Under the pieces are notes generated by a model. It was not told the origin of the DNA. It saw only the letters and a program-made list of their open reading frames with translations, and searched no databases. From an uncultured Methanolobus sp. (GTDB taxonomy: Archaea > Halobacteriota > Methanosarcinia > Methanosarcinales > Methanosarcinaceae), in NCBI GenBank assembly GCA_963675495.1, contig OY776215.1, positions 1,088,001 to 1,152,000 of the forward strand: DNA of 64,000 nt. Reading direction: 5' to 3'. Position 1 is the first letter of the stretch; each line of letters starts with the position of its first letter. Positions 21,466 to 32,197 of the stretch are shown piece after piece. The position numbers and the translations under genes were made by a program.

Positions 21466-22278
21466 ATGTCGATAGTTGTCGTTTCAGATGTACATCTTGG
21501 TATGAAAGAAGCAAATACAGATAAATTTGTAGAATTCCTGGATTTTTTAAAGACCAAAAATGTTGAGCATTTAGTTCTCCTGGGGGATATCATAGACATA
21601 TGGAGAAGGGACTTCACAAAGGCAGTCATTGAGTGTTCGGAAGCATTGACACTTTTAAATAGTATGAAAGATCGAACCAAAGTTCATTACATTGTTGGCA
21701 ATCATGACTATTATATGCTACGCCTTAGCGAACTTTTAGGTGAAAACTTTCCTTTTGAAATTAAAAAATCGACTGTAATTAAAAGTAAAAAACAGGACTT
21801 CTTCTTTTTTCATGGATATCAACTGGAAGTGCTGTGTAACCCATACTACAAATCGATGAAAACATACGAAACCTTCAGTGAACACATGTGCCTGGCTGGA
21901 GATGATACAGGAAATGCTGCCGATAAACTATGGAAAAGTATCCAATCGCACAGCTCTCTGTGGGACAGTTTGAAAAAATTCCCAGAAAACCCACGTGCTG
22001 CGCTTAAATCAATGATGCAGCCACCTGAAATAAGGATCAGAAACTCCCATAAACATAATGTTATTGAACCAATCGAAGAACTTGCAGGCGCAAAGACCAG
22101 ACATTTCCTGTTAAGCATACGTCCGCAACAGTATTTGATATACGGCCATACCCACCACCCATACGTTAAAAAGGAAAATAAAGTGGCAAATACAGGAAGC
22201 TGGGGTTTTGGCGAGGAAAAGAAATTGGATTATATTGAGATCATTGATGATGAAGTGAACTTAAAGGAATTTGTATAA
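21466..22278 (+). CDS. Calcineurin-like metallophosphoesterase (LpxH-like)
   Basis: SDVHLG, LLGDIID, GNHD, HG and YGHTH motifs; start at MSIVVV after GGGGG SD. Confidence 0.9.
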   Translation: MSIVVVSDVHLGMKEANTDKFVEFLDFLKTKNVEHLVLLGDIIDIWRRDFTKAVIECSEALTLLNSMKDRTKVHYIVGNHDYYMLRLSELLGENFPFEIKKSTVIKSKKQDFFFFHGYQLEVLCNPYYKSMKTYETFSEHMCLAGDDTGNAADKLWKSIQSHSSLWDSLKKFPENPRAALKSMMQPPEIRIRNSHKHNVIEPIEELAGAKTRHFLLSIRPQQYLIYGHTHHPYVKKENKVANTGSWGFGEEKKLDYIEIIDDEVNLKEFV

Positions 22279-22526
22279 CAAGCCGAAAAATTCCTATAAT
22301 GACTAACCACTTTTCCTTATTTCCCGACTTAATAACCAGATTTCCCCATTATTCTGAATGGATCCTCTTCAGTAAACATGCCATCTTAAAGCAAGATTTC
22401 ACTTTTATAGTAAAAAAGTTAGATTTTGTCACCTAAAAAATGATTAAGTATAAGTACTATTGTACCCGTACATCCTTTGCATTCGTGATATACAAACATT
22501 TAACGTTTAGAGAGGATGTGTAGTGC

Positions 22527-23312
22527 ATAGAAAAACCGTTGATTAATGTAATGTTTGCCTCTGAGAAGAGAAAGAATATGCTCTTGTTATTACAGGATGG
22601 TCCAAAAGAAATGAAGATTATCCTAAAGTCATTAAAAACAACGAGGACAGCATTACTTCCACAGGCTAAAATTTTAAAAAATCACTACCTTATTACTCAA
22701 TCGGACGATATTTACGAATTGACGACCATGGGTAAAATTGTAGTTGATGAAACGCAACCTTTTCTGGATATTATTGATTCTCTTGATCAGAACGAGGAAT
22801 ATCTGGCATCCCATAACATAGATTGTATCCCCAATCATCTTTTGAAAAGAATAAGCGATATCAAAGATTGCGAAATAATAGAACCTAGTTTATTGAATAT
22901 ATATGAAGTTAACAAGATCTTTTCTAAAATGGCTAATGAATCAAACTCATTGTTCTTTGTGGTTACGTTTATGCACCCGGATTTCCCTGCAATCATGTCA
23001 GAATACGCAAAAAGAAAAATAAACGTCTCAATGATACTCAATAAGGAGTTGTTTGAAAAGCATAAAGACGAATTGCATGATGAATTTGAGCACTTTCTTA
23101 ACTGCGAGAGCATCAAATATTATGTCTGCCAAAAAGACATAGAACTTTTGTCACTATCAATAAGTGACCAACGCTTTGTTTTGAGATTATTGTCTATAAA
23201 TAATGAATTCAGTAACAAACAATTATACTCCCATAATCCTAAAGCACATCAATGGAGTAAGGATCTTTTCAATCATTACTTGAAAGATTCAACGGAAATA
23301 ACTGAAATATAA
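22527..23312 (+). CDS. Winged-helix regulator, DUF1724/FilR1-like, paralog 1
   Basis: FASEKRKNMLLLLQDGP, YELTTMGK and WSKDLFNHY motifs; ATA at 22527 aligns with the ATG of paralog 2. Confidence 0.88.
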   Translation: MEKPLINVMFASEKRKNMLLLLQDGPKEMKIILKSLKTTRTALLPQAKILKNHYLITQSDDIYELTTMGKIVVDETQPFLDIIDSLDQNEEYLASHNIDCIPNHLLKRISDIKDCEIIEPSLLNIYEVNKIFSKMANESNSLFFVVTFMHPDFPAIMSEYAKRKINVSMILNKELFEKHKDELHDEFEHFLNCESIKYYVCQKDIELLSLSISDQRFVLRLLSINNEFSNKQLYSHNPKAHQWSKDLFNHYLKDSTEITEI

Positions 23313-23484
23313 AATCTTTTTTGATTTGTATTTGCTACTGCATTCTTATGATAATAGTTGACACCTAGTCCTATTTCCAGCCCTGTACACTTCGGTTATG
23401 CGTGTACTCACGAACATTCTTCTAACCAACATTGATTAGCCTGGTTTTCACACTTTCTTGTTTATAAAAAAATATTTTAGAGAA

Positions 23485-23515
<31 letters not shown>

Positions 23516-23664
23516 AGAAAGTAGCTGATATATACATATATACACGTGAAAACTTTCGATAGCTATATCTATCAATGGCGATTTGTTAGGAACGTCATAT
23601 GAATCTATGTTATTTTTGGTTGCATTAGACGGATAATTGTATTTACTGGCAGGATGTGCAGTGC

Positions 23665-24450
23665 ATGAAAAAAACGTTGATCGATGTAATGTTTGCATCT
23701 GAAAAAAGAAAAAATATGCTTTTATTGTTGCATGAAGGTCCCCAGGAAATGGAGACTATTCTTAAATCAATGAAAACAACAAGATCAGCATTGCTTCCAC
23801 AAGCCAAAATATTAAAAGAACACTCCCTTGTTACTCAATCCGGAGATGTTTATGAATTAACTACTATAGGAAAACTAGTAGTTGATGAAACGAAGCCTTT
23901 GCTGGAAACTATTGATACTTTTGAAAAGACTAAAGGCTACCTTGCATCCCACAAAACAAATTTCATTCCCCCTCAACTATTAAGAAGAATAAATGAAATT
24001 AAGGATTGTAAAATAATAGAACCCAGTTTGGTCAATACATACGAGATCAACAAGGATTTCATCGAAAAGGCTAATGAATCGAGTTCATTGTCGTTCATAT
24101 TTACTTTCGTACAACCACAATTCTACCAAATACTCTCAGAATTTGTAGAAAAAAATAAAGATGTTCATGTAATAATTACCGAAGAATTATTTGAAAAACT
24201 CAAAGAAGATTGGCATGAGGAATTCAAAGAGTTAATTGACGGTGGTAAGATCAAATTTCACATTTACCAGAAACATATAGAACTGTTATCCTTGTCAGTA
24301 AGCAAGCATTGCTTTGTTTTAAGGTTGCTTTCCAAAACGAATGAATTTAGTAACAAGCAATTATCCTGTTGCAACCCAAAAGCAGACAAATGGAGTAAAG
24401 ACCTTTTCGAGTATTACTTGAAGGATTCAACGGCAATAACTAAAATATAA
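23665..24450 (+). CDS. Winged-helix regulator, DUF1724/FilR1-like, paralog 2
   Basis: Colinear with and clearly similar to 22527-23312; start MKKTLID. Confidence 0.9.
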   Translation: MKKTLIDVMFASEKRKNMLLLLHEGPQEMETILKSMKTTRSALLPQAKILKEHSLVTQSGDVYELTTIGKLVVDETKPLLETIDTFEKTKGYLASHKTNFIPPQLLRRINEIKDCKIIEPSLVNTYEINKDFIEKANESSSLSFIFTFVQPQFYQILSEFVEKNKDVHVIITEELFEKLKEDWHEEFKELIDGGKIKFHIYQKHIELLSLSVSKHCFVLRLLSKTNEFSNKQLSCCNPKADKWSKDLFEYYLKDSTAITKI

Positions 24451-24491
24451 AATGAATTTTTGTAATATTTCATTACTTTAAAAGAAGTTCG

Positions 24492-24579
24492 TGGTGCGGG
24501 AGATGCGATTCGAACGCATGAACTCCTACGAGACTAGGCTCTGAACCTAGCGCCTTTGGCCAGGCTGGGCAACTCCCGC
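24492..24579 (-). tRNA. tRNA-Leu (CAG)
   Basis: Cloverleaf with anticodon arm CTAGG-TT-CAG-AG-CCTAG, long variable arm, TTCGAAT, encoded CCA. Confidence 0.97.
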
Positions 24580-24659
24580 ATTGTGAATGTTGGTTAGTAG
24601 TGCTTTTTCTAATTAAACTTTGTGTTCGGAAAATAGGATTTAAGGAAACTGGTGACTGC

Positions 24660-25565
24660 TTACACCATCAGTTTCATTAAAAGTGCTTTCTGGGCATGCA
24701 GGCGGTTCTCAGCCTGATCGAAAACGACAGAGTGAGGTCCATCCATGACCTCTGCACTTATCTCCTCACCACGGTGCGCAGGAAGACAATGCATCACTAT
24801 AACATCTGTTTTCGCCTGCTCTACCAATTCAGTGTTTATCTGGTACGGAGCAAGGTCTGCAAGACGTTTTTCACGTTCATCTTCATCACCCATGGACACC
24901 CAGACATCTGCATAGAGAATATCAGCATCTTTTGCAGCCTCGTTTGGGTCGTTGGTAATAGTAATGTTCCCACCAAGCTCTCTTGCAAGTTCCACAATGT
25001 CCTCATCAGGTTCATATCCGGGAGGACATGCGACAACAGCCTCCATTTCCATGAGAGCACAGCCGATAATAGCGGAATTACACACATTGTTCCCATCGCC
25101 AACCCATGCATATTTAAGGTCAGAGAGTTTGTTCTTGTACTCGCGGATAGTGAGCAGGTCGGCAAGTATCTGGCATGGATGCTCCTTATCCGAAAGTGCA
25201 TTAATAACCGGAATTGAGGAGTGTTCTGCCAGCTGTTTAACCGTCTCATGACTGTAAACTCTTGCAATGATACCGTAGAGATATCTTGAGAGCACCTCAG
25301 AGGTGTCCGCAACCGTTTCACCACGACCAAGCTGCATATCCCTGGCATTCAGATATAGTGCATGTCCGCCAAGGTCACACATAGCGACCTCGAATGAAAC
25401 ACGGGTACGTGTAGATGATTTCTCAAATATCATACCAAGGCTCTTGTTCTTCATAAGATCAGTGACCTTGCCGCGTAAGCGTTTTTCCTTAAGGTCTTCT
25501 GCCATATCGAGTAGCTCAATTATCTCATCATGAGTCAGATCAGCCATGGAAATAAGATGTTTCAT
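24660..25565 (-). CDS. argF: Ornithine carbamoyltransferase
   Basis: [25 protein letters not shown]; start MKHLIS. Confidence 0.98.
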   Translation of the reverse strand: MKHLISMADLTHDEIIELLDMAEDLKEKRLRGKVTDLMKNKSLGMIFEKSSTRTRVSFEVAMCDLGGHALYLNARDMQLGRGETVADTSEVLSRYLYGIIARVYSHETVKQLAEHSSIPVINALSDKEHPCQILADLLTIREYKNKLSDLKYAWVGDGNNVCNSAIIGCALMEMEAVVACPPGYEPDEDIVELARELGGNITITNDPNEAAKDADILYADVWVSMGDEDEREKRLADLAPYQINTELVEQAKTDVIVMHCLPAHRGEEISAEVMDGPHSVVFDQAENRLHAQKALLMKLMV

Positions 25566-25598
25566 ACTATCAACCCTCACTAAATAACTAATAATAAA

Positions 25599-26903
25599 TT
25601 ACTTCCCACGTATTTGGTTCATGTGGTCAATACGCCTCTGGATAAGAGCAGCTTTACCGATGTCACTTCTGTAATGAAGATCACCGGAAAGATTCTCCAG
25701 GGCATTCTGGGCTATCTTTTCAGCATTTTCAATTGAGTCTGCAACACCTACAACAGCAACAGACCTTGATCCGGTAGTGTAGACTTTTCCAGCCTTCTCG
25801 TAAACACTGGAATAGAAAATAATGGCACCGCCAATGTCCCCGACAACTACTTCCCTATCCTTTGTCGGCTTGTCAGGGTAGCCTGCAGGAACAGCATACT
25901 TACAAACTGTTGCCTTCTTACTAAACTTAACATCCACCTTGTCAAGTGTACCGCTTGCCATTGCAGCAAGCACATCCACATAATCGGTTTCAAGCAAAGG
26001 CAACACATTCATTGCCTCAGGATCTCCGAAACGTGCATTGAACTCAATTACCCTGGGACCATCCTTTGTGATCATGAACTGGCCGTACAGTGTACCCTTG
26101 TACTTCTGCCCGGTTTCCTTGTAGAGCGCCTTTACAGTATCCACCATTATCTGCTTTGAACTTTCAACATCTTCAGCAGTAAGGAAAGGAAGGATCTCAC
26201 CTGGTGCATTGTAAGAGCCCATACCACCTGTATTAGGTCCAAGGTCATTCTCAAATGCCCTCTTATGATCCTGTACTGTTGGCATGAAAGCAAGGTTCTT
26301 TCCATCTACAAAAGCCTGCAGGGTGAATTCCTCGCCAACGAGGTTCTCCTCAACAACGACGCTTCCCTGGTCAAGCAAACTTGCAGCGTATGCTTTTGCT
26401 GCTTCAACGTCAGGTAACTGATCCCCCATTACCTTGACACCTTTGCCACCGGTAAGACCTGATGGTTTGATAGCAACATTTCCGAGTTTGTCGATAAAAG
26501 CATCCATAGCATCCTTGTCAGTGAATACATCAAATACAGGGCAGCCATCAATACTGTTATTCCTCATAAAATTGCGTGCCCACGCTTTGTCAAACTCAAG
26601 CTGTGCAACTTTCTGCTTTGGACTGGCAACACTGATACCCGCATCCTCAAGAGCATCTGCAAGACCAACTGCAAGTGGTGCTTCCGGACCAACTACAACG
26701 AGCTCAATATTCTTTGATAGTGCAAATTCGACGACTTTCTCAACATCTGTTTCTTTCTCAAGGAGGAAATCCTCACATAGTGAAGCAATGCCCGGGTTCT
26801 TCTTTGACATCACCACATAGATGGACGGATCTTTCCTGCTTCGTGCTATTGCTGCTACGATAGCGTGCTCCCTTCCGCCGCCACCAACTACTAGTACATT
26901 CAT
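25599..26903 (-). CDS. purD: Phosphoribosylamine-glycine ligase
   Basis: [37 protein letters not shown]. Confidence 0.98.
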   Translation of the reverse strand: MNVLVVGGGGREHAIVAAIARSRKDPSIYVVMSKKNPGIASLCEDFLLEKETDVEKVVEFALSKNIELVVVGPEAPLAVGLADALEDAGISVASPKQKVAQLEFDKAWARNFMRNNSIDGCPVFDVFTDKDAMDAFIDKLGNVAIKPSGLTGGKGVKVMGDQLPDVEAAKAYAASLLDQGSVVVEENLVGEEFTLQAFVDGKNLAFMPTVQDHKRAFENDLGPNTGGMGSYNAPGEILPFLTAEDVESSKQIMVDTVKALYKETGQKYKGTLYGQFMITKDGPRVIEFNARFGDPEAMNVLPLLETDYVDVLAAMASGTLDKVDVKFSKKATVCKYAVPAGYPDKPTKDREVVVGDIGGAIIFYSSVYEKAGKVYTTGSRSVAVVGVADSIENAEKIAQNALENLSGDLHYRSDIGKAALIQRRIDHMNQIRGK

Positions 26904-27062
26904 ATATCAAACCTCATCATCAGAAAATTATTATTAATGATATGCAGATAAGCTGGAACTTAACTCAATATCTGTTATTATTTCCTATTTTGTTAGGAAT
27001 CAGAATATCAAAGAGTTCTAATTCCTGAAATAAATAACTTGTCTTTATTTTAAAGTATAAAA

Positions 27063-27596
27063 TCAAAGAAGGTCATTTGCCCTAACAAGAGGAACAAGCT
27101 TCACACCTATGTCACTCAGGTTCTTCTCTGCCCCTGAATCTCGATCAACAACAGTTATGACCCTTTCCACGATGCCACCTGCTTCACGGATCGCCACAAT
27201 AGCATCCTTTACAGAGCCACCACTTGTAGTTACATCCTCAAGAAGCAAAATCTTCGAACCTTGTTTGAACTCACCGACGAAGCGTCCACCTGTGCCATAA
27301 TCTTTTGCAGATTTACGAATTAGTATAAGCGGGAGCTCTGCTTCAAGAGAAACGGCCGTAGCAAGAGGAACACCACCAAGCACGACACCACCAACAGCAT
27401 CGAGCTCCAGTCCTTTTATAACATGTGCTGCATCCTTTGCTATCACTTTAAGCGTAGCAGGGTCCGTACTTGCCTTCTTTATGTCAATATAATATGTACT
27501 CTTCTTCCCTGAAGCGAGTGTGAAATCACCAAACTTAACTGCGCCACATGCTTTCAGAGCATCTATCAATGCATGTTTACCATTCCCATCAGACAT
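27063..27596 (-). CDS. pyrE: Orotate phosphoribosyltransferase
   Basis: FTLASGKKSTYYID and LLEDVTTSGGS PRPP loop; AGGTGA SD. Confidence 0.97.
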   Translation of the reverse strand: MSDGNGKHALIDALKACGAVKFGDFTLASGKKSTYYIDIKKASTDPATLKVIAKDAAHVIKGLELDAVGGVVLGGVPLATAVSLEAELPLILIRKSAKDYGTGGRFVGEFKQGSKILLLEDVTTSGGSVKDAIVAIREAGGIVERVITVVDRDSGAEKNLSDIGVKLVPLVRANDLL

Positions 27597-27628
27597 TCGA
27601 TCACCTAATAATTTTATTTTTAAAACGC

Positions 27629-28204
27629 TCACCAGGGCTCATTCTTGACCCCGATGAAATATCCTATGATATTCGTACTCAGGTGCAGAACAGGAGTCAG
27701 CACCAGCAGCACAATGATTACTGGAATTGTGAAATTGGATATGAACCAGCCAGGAGACACGACATATGTAAGCATCCATGCTCCAAAGACAAAATCAAGT
27801 TGGTCGATACCCGGCAGTGGAGCACCTCTCTTAAGCCCAAGCCTTCTTTTGAAGAAACTCATGAACATATCCCCAAATAGTGAACCAAATGCCAGTGTAA
27901 ATATGACTATTACCGCACTAGCGCTTAAACCATTTCCTGCAAACGATGGTAGCTCAACTGAGAACAGTGTTGTACTCTTAGAAAGATAATACATCTGGAG
28001 CAGACCCACCACCATTCCGAAGAATATACCTGTAAGAAGGCCACGATATGTTTTTCCATCTCCAAGTATACGCCGCCCATCAGCCATTTTTTTGCCCCCG
28101 TCAATTGGCTTTCCGCCACCAAGGACAGCTGCCATGGGATTTGGAATATAAGCAGGAAGCATCAGCCACACAGCAGTTATTAGCACCTCTATCGTAATTA
28201 TCAA
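27629..28204 (-). CDS. carS: CDP-archaeol synthase
   Basis: PAYIPN, PIDGG, GDGKT, GD..SFFKRR.G..RG and DQLDF motifs. Confidence 0.95.
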   Translation of the reverse strand: MIITIEVLITAVWLMLPAYIPNPMAAVLGGGKPIDGGKKMADGRRILGDGKTYRGLLTGIFFGMVVGLLQMYYLSKSTTLFSVELPSFAGNGLSASAVIVIFTLAFGSLFGDMFMSFFKRRLGLKRGAPLPGIDQLDFVFGAWMLTYVVSPGWFISNFTIPVIIVLLVLTPVLHLSTNIIGYFIGVKNEPW

Positions 28205-28318
28205 CTCTCATTTGTTGTTCTGTTCTGATATGCAACATCGTTATTTAATATATCGAAGCACAACAGATAAAATAGCTCTAATTATAAATATGTTGTACAC
28301 ATAGGATTTGCCAGCAAG

Positions 28319-29347
28319 ATGAAAAACAAAATACCCTACCCGACAACAAGTAACACTATGCTTGCAGCTGTTGTCACTTTTCTTTTACTGGCAACAATCA
28401 TAACAATGGGGATGTTAACACCCCTTATAGCAAAACTCACAACCGGAGTCGAGCTTGGTCTTGAACCCGCATACTTCAACAATAGAACTGCAATACCAGT
28501 TGCTATCCTGGTTCTGGTCCTGAGCACAGGCATGCTCGTAGGTTATGCTGATCGCAAGTACATCATCCCAATTGTAGGATTTTCTGCTGCCCTTTCGATG
28601 CTTTTTGCAGTGATATCACCTTTTGGGAATACACCCCTGGATATTGCTCTGCCCATCCTTATCGTTGCACTGTTAGCAACCTTCTATAGGATTATCAGGA
28701 TATTCAGCTTCAATAAAAAAACCCCTTCAGCAGCAAAGATAAGGAAACTCAGTGCACACGCGATCCATGTAGGCATCATACTGATCCTGCTTGGAATTGT
28801 CCTCAGCTCAAACATGAAAATAGAGGGGTCCGCTGTTCTTGGCACAGGCCAGACCGGCTCATTTGAAGGACAACATTACCAGCTAAAGATCAACAACATG
28901 GATTCATACTACACCGGTGAGGCCTTTCGTACCTATCCGGCCTCATCCTATACTACAAAAGTCGGTTTTGACATTTACAAAAATGGAGAGTATTTCAAAA
29001 GCGGAGAGGTCAACTACATCACAGATTTCAAGTGGGGGCAGACCTATACGACTACCTACATAAACCGCGGCCCCACAGAAGAACTGTTCATAGCTCCAAG
29101 GGCTATTGATGAGTCGGGCGGGGAGATCGACCTCTACATGCGAACCGTACCATTCATCAACTGCCTCTGGGGAGGTATCTACCTGATGGTAATAGGTATG
29201 ATTGCACTGCTGGTAACAGACCGAAAGAATGCTCTCAACTCAGGCAGCTCTGGAATGAGCAATAAAACAAATGAAAAAAGATATGACCGTATGCTCGAAG
29301 AGGAAGTAGAGAAACGAAAAGCCAGGAGAGCAAAGGGAAAGAGGTGA
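28319..29347 (+). CDS. ccmF: Cytochrome c maturation heme lyase CcmF, C-terminal-half subunit
   Basis: PAYFN, AHAIHVGIILILLG, VPFINCLWGG. Confidence 0.85.
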   Translation: MKNKIPYPTTSNTMLAAVVTFLLLATIITMGMLTPLIAKLTTGVELGLEPAYFNNRTAIPVAILVLVLSTGMLVGYADRKYIIPIVGFSAALSMLFAVISPFGNTPLDIALPILIVALLATFYRIIRIFSFNKKTPSAAKIRKLSAHAIHVGIILILLGIVLSSNMKIEGSAVLGTGQTGSFEGQHYQLKINNMDSYYTGEAFRTYPASSYTTKVGFDIYKNGEYFKSGEVNYITDFKWGQTYTTTYINRGPTEELFIAPRAIDESGGEIDLYMRTVPFINCLWGGIYLMVIGMIALLVTDRKNALNSGSSGMSNKTNEKRYDRMLEEEVEKRKARRAKGKR

Positions 29348-29351
29348 TGAT

Positions 29352-30446
29352 TTGAACTTAGGCATGATCCTCATATGGCTGGCCTTCATCTGTGGATGGG
29401 GAGCCACATTCTATTCAATTAGTTATTACACAGCATCGCAGCACAAGACAAAGATGCACTGGAATAAGCTGGAAATGTTGTGTACAGCATGTATTACGCT
29501 CTCGGCACTTATACTGATAATACAACTGCTTATTGTCAATGCTTCCTATGAGTATGTATTCAATCATTCCAGCACCGATCTTTCGTGGTTCTATCGGATA
29601 TCAGCCTTCTGGGCTGGGCAGGAAGGTTCTCTTCTACTCTGGACATGGGCAACACTCGTGATGCTTCTGCTGCTCCGTTACACAGGACACACAAAGGAGC
29701 TTGTTGAAACAAAGATGATGGACCTCACAAGAATGATATCCATGATAGTTGTATCCGTGTTCTTGCTATTACTTGTAATTGATAACCCATTCTCTGCGTA
29801 TCAGATACTCCCTTCCGGTACTGTTGAAGCGACTAACTGGAACCCGTTCGCTGTACTCTATGATGTTCCCTACGGACAGGGAATGAACCCGCTTTTGCGT
29901 AATCCCTGGATGGCTGTGCACCCGCCAGTACTCTTCCTTGGGTATGCGGCTTTCACCATACCATTCGCAGCCGCCATTTCCAACCTCATCACAAAAGACA
30001 GTCGCTGGACACTGGTAGCAAGGGACTGGATGAGAATTGCCTGGCTTTTCCTCACATTTGGAATAGGACTTGGAGGGTTCTGGGCATACGAAGTACTCGG
30101 ATGGGGAGCATGGTACTGGACATGGGACCCTGTGGAAACATCTTCACTCATACCCTGGATAACTGCCACAGCATACCTGCATGCACAGACACGCACAAAA
30201 CATGGAGAATACGGATTCCTGGCACCGCTGCTTGCAGTAGTCTCATTCCTGCTGGTGATATTCGCAACCTTTGTAACAAGGAGTGGAATATGGGCATCAG
30301 TACACTCATGGCAGGATTTCACAACAGAAAGTCTTGTAATTGCCATATTCCTTGTGATACTCACAGGAAGCAGTGTATTCCTGCTAGCGAAAAGATATCT
30401 GGAAGAAGAAAGTGATCAGAAAGAGACAGGATTAGAACCTACATGA
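29352..30446 (+). CDS. ccmF: Cytochrome c maturation heme lyase CcmF, N-terminal-half subunit
   Basis: WAGQEGSLLLW, GMNPLL...HPP, WAYEVLGWGAWYWTWDPVE, RSGIWASVH. Confidence 0.95.
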   Translation: MNLGMILIWLAFICGWGATFYSISYYTASQHKTKMHWNKLEMLCTACITLSALILIIQLLIVNASYEYVFNHSSTDLSWFYRISAFWAGQEGSLLLWTWATLVMLLLLRYTGHTKELVETKMMDLTRMISMIVVSVFLLLLVIDNPFSAYQILPSGTVEATNWNPFAVLYDVPYGQGMNPLLRNPWMAVHPPVLFLGYAAFTIPFAAAISNLITKDSRWTLVARDWMRIAWLFLTFGIGLGGFWAYEVLGWGAWYWTWDPVETSSLIPWITATAYLHAQTRTKHGEYGFLAPLLAVVSFLLVIFATFVTRSGIWASVHSWQDFTTESLVIAIFLVILTGSSVFLLAKRYLEEESDQKETGLEPT

Positions 30447-30560
30447 TCCCCGATATTTTCATTAAATAATAGATTATCTCATGAATTCAGGGATAATCAT
30501 CTGCCGGTTGCAAGGAAACATTAAAACAGCAGTATGAGGGTCGAGCCTTCAATTTAAGGG

Positions 30561-30812
30561 TCAGTCATCAATGAATGATTCTGTCTTCAGTTTCCCATTC
30601 TCTTCAATTAGGATCTCGATCTTTCTTTCAGCTTTTGAAAGCTTTTGATTGCACACACGGGCAAGTTTCATACCACGTTCAAATATCCCAAGACTCTCAT
30701 CAAGGGTCAACTGACCCTTTTCAAGTTTCTCTACAAGGGACTCCAGTTCTTCCAGAGAGCTTTCAAAACTCATTTCATCCTGGTCTTCAGGCTCATTCTT
30801 CTTTTCCTTCAT
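30561..30812 (-). CDS. xseB: Exodeoxyribonuclease VII small subunit
   Basis: SFESSLEELE...LTLDESLGIFERG; follows xseA. Confidence 0.95.
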   Translation of the reverse strand: MKEKKNEPEDQDEMSFESSLEELESLVEKLEKGQLTLDESLGIFERGMKLARVCNQKLSKAERKIEILIEENGKLKTESFIDD

Positions 30813-30816
30813 AAAC

Positions 30817-32040
30817 TCAACTCCTCTTCTCACCAATGCTTCGCTCTTCTGACTTGATACCTGTCACCCTGCACTTCAGGGTACCATCGATTAACCTGAT
30901 ATCCAGACATTCTTCAGGACTTACATCACCAGTACTTCTTACAACACTGTGGTCACTACTTCGAAGAGCGATGCTGTAACCACGTTCCAGCGTATTCAGA
31001 GGACTCACTGCGTTAAGCCGACCGGCAACTCCGGAAAGAGATGATGTCTTTGATTCTATTATTTTCCTAAGACCGAACTCCATACGAGAGCTGAGTTCAT
31101 CAACCCTTTGCATATCACGTCGCAGTATTTCAGCAAACCTTTCATGATCTATCCTGGAGGAAAGGTAATCCACCTGCTTTCTATTGCCGGATATGAAATG
31201 TATTGCAGCCTGTTGCATACGTGATATCAGGGAAAGCACATGTGTTTTAAGGTCTGACTTTTCAGGAACTGCAATCTCTGCTGCAGCCGAGGGGGTTGGT
31301 GCCCTTACGTCAGCAACAAAGTCAGCAATGGTATAGTCGGTTTCATGACCCACTGCTGAGATTATCGGAACTTCTGAGTCAAATATAGCCCGTGCAACTA
31401 TTTCCTCATTAAAGGACCACAGGTCTTCCAGCGAACCACCACCCCTGCCAGCAATGATAACATCAACATCGGTCCTGTTGAGATGCTCAATGGACCTGAC
31501 AATGCTTTCAGCTGAGCTCTCTCCCTGTACTATTGCAGGACTTAGCAATATATCTACAGGAAACCTGCGTTTAAGCACATGGATAATATCGTGGATTGCA
31601 GCGCCCGTAGGCGATGTAATAACACCCACTTTCGAAGGGAAGCGAGGAATCTTTTTCTTGTGAACCACTTCGAACAGACCCTCTTCCTGTAGTCGGTTAC
31701 GAAGTTGTTCGTACGCCTTGTATAGCTCACCGATCCCATCAGGGCGCATATCCAGTACCCTCAACTGATACTGACCACGTACAGTATATACATCCACTGT
31801 TCCAAAAACCAGAACTTTCATGGATGACTCCGGTTCGAACTTGAGGGTACGATTGGTCATCCTGAAGCTCACACAACTTATCTGAGCACCCTTATCCTTC
31901 AGAGTAAAATAATAGTGACCGGAACTATGTTTCGTCAGGTTAGATATCTCACCCCGCACCCATACCTGCCCTAGCTGCGGATCCTGCGCAAGAACCTGTT
32001 TGATGTATTCATTCAATTGTGAAACTGTGTATATACCCAT
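30817..32040 (-). CDS. xseA: Exodeoxyribonuclease VII large subunit
   Basis: GEISN..HSSGHYYFTLKD, GRGGGSLEDL, GHETD, PTPSAAAE. Confidence 0.98.
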   Translation of the reverse strand: MGIYTVSQLNEYIKQVLAQDPQLGQVWVRGEISNLTKHSSGHYYFTLKDKGAQISCVSFRMTNRTLKFEPESSMKVLVFGTVDVYTVRGQYQLRVLDMRPDGIGELYKAYEQLRNRLQEEGLFEVVHKKKIPRFPSKVGVITSPTGAAIHDIIHVLKRRFPVDILLSPAIVQGESSAESIVRSIEHLNRTDVDVIIAGRGGGSLEDLWSFNEEIVARAIFDSEVPIISAVGHETDYTIADFVADVRAPTPSAAAEIAVPEKSDLKTHVLSLISRMQQAAIHFISGNRKQVDYLSSRIDHERFAEILRRDMQRVDELSSRMEFGLRKIIESKTSSLSGVAGRLNAVSPLNTLERGYSIALRSSDHSVVRSTGDVSPEECLDIRLIDGTLKCRVTGIKSEERSIGEKRS

Positions 32041-32197
32041 GTAGAATCTCCGGTCTCTAAAACAAATTATGCTCCGGGAATATAAAGTCCAGAGGAAAGT
32101 TATGTGAAAGTATTATATTAACGCTTGTTGCTGGTTGACCGGAAAATGAATACAACTGCCTAAAAAATAAGAGTGTAAAAAATTAAATTGTTGGAAA

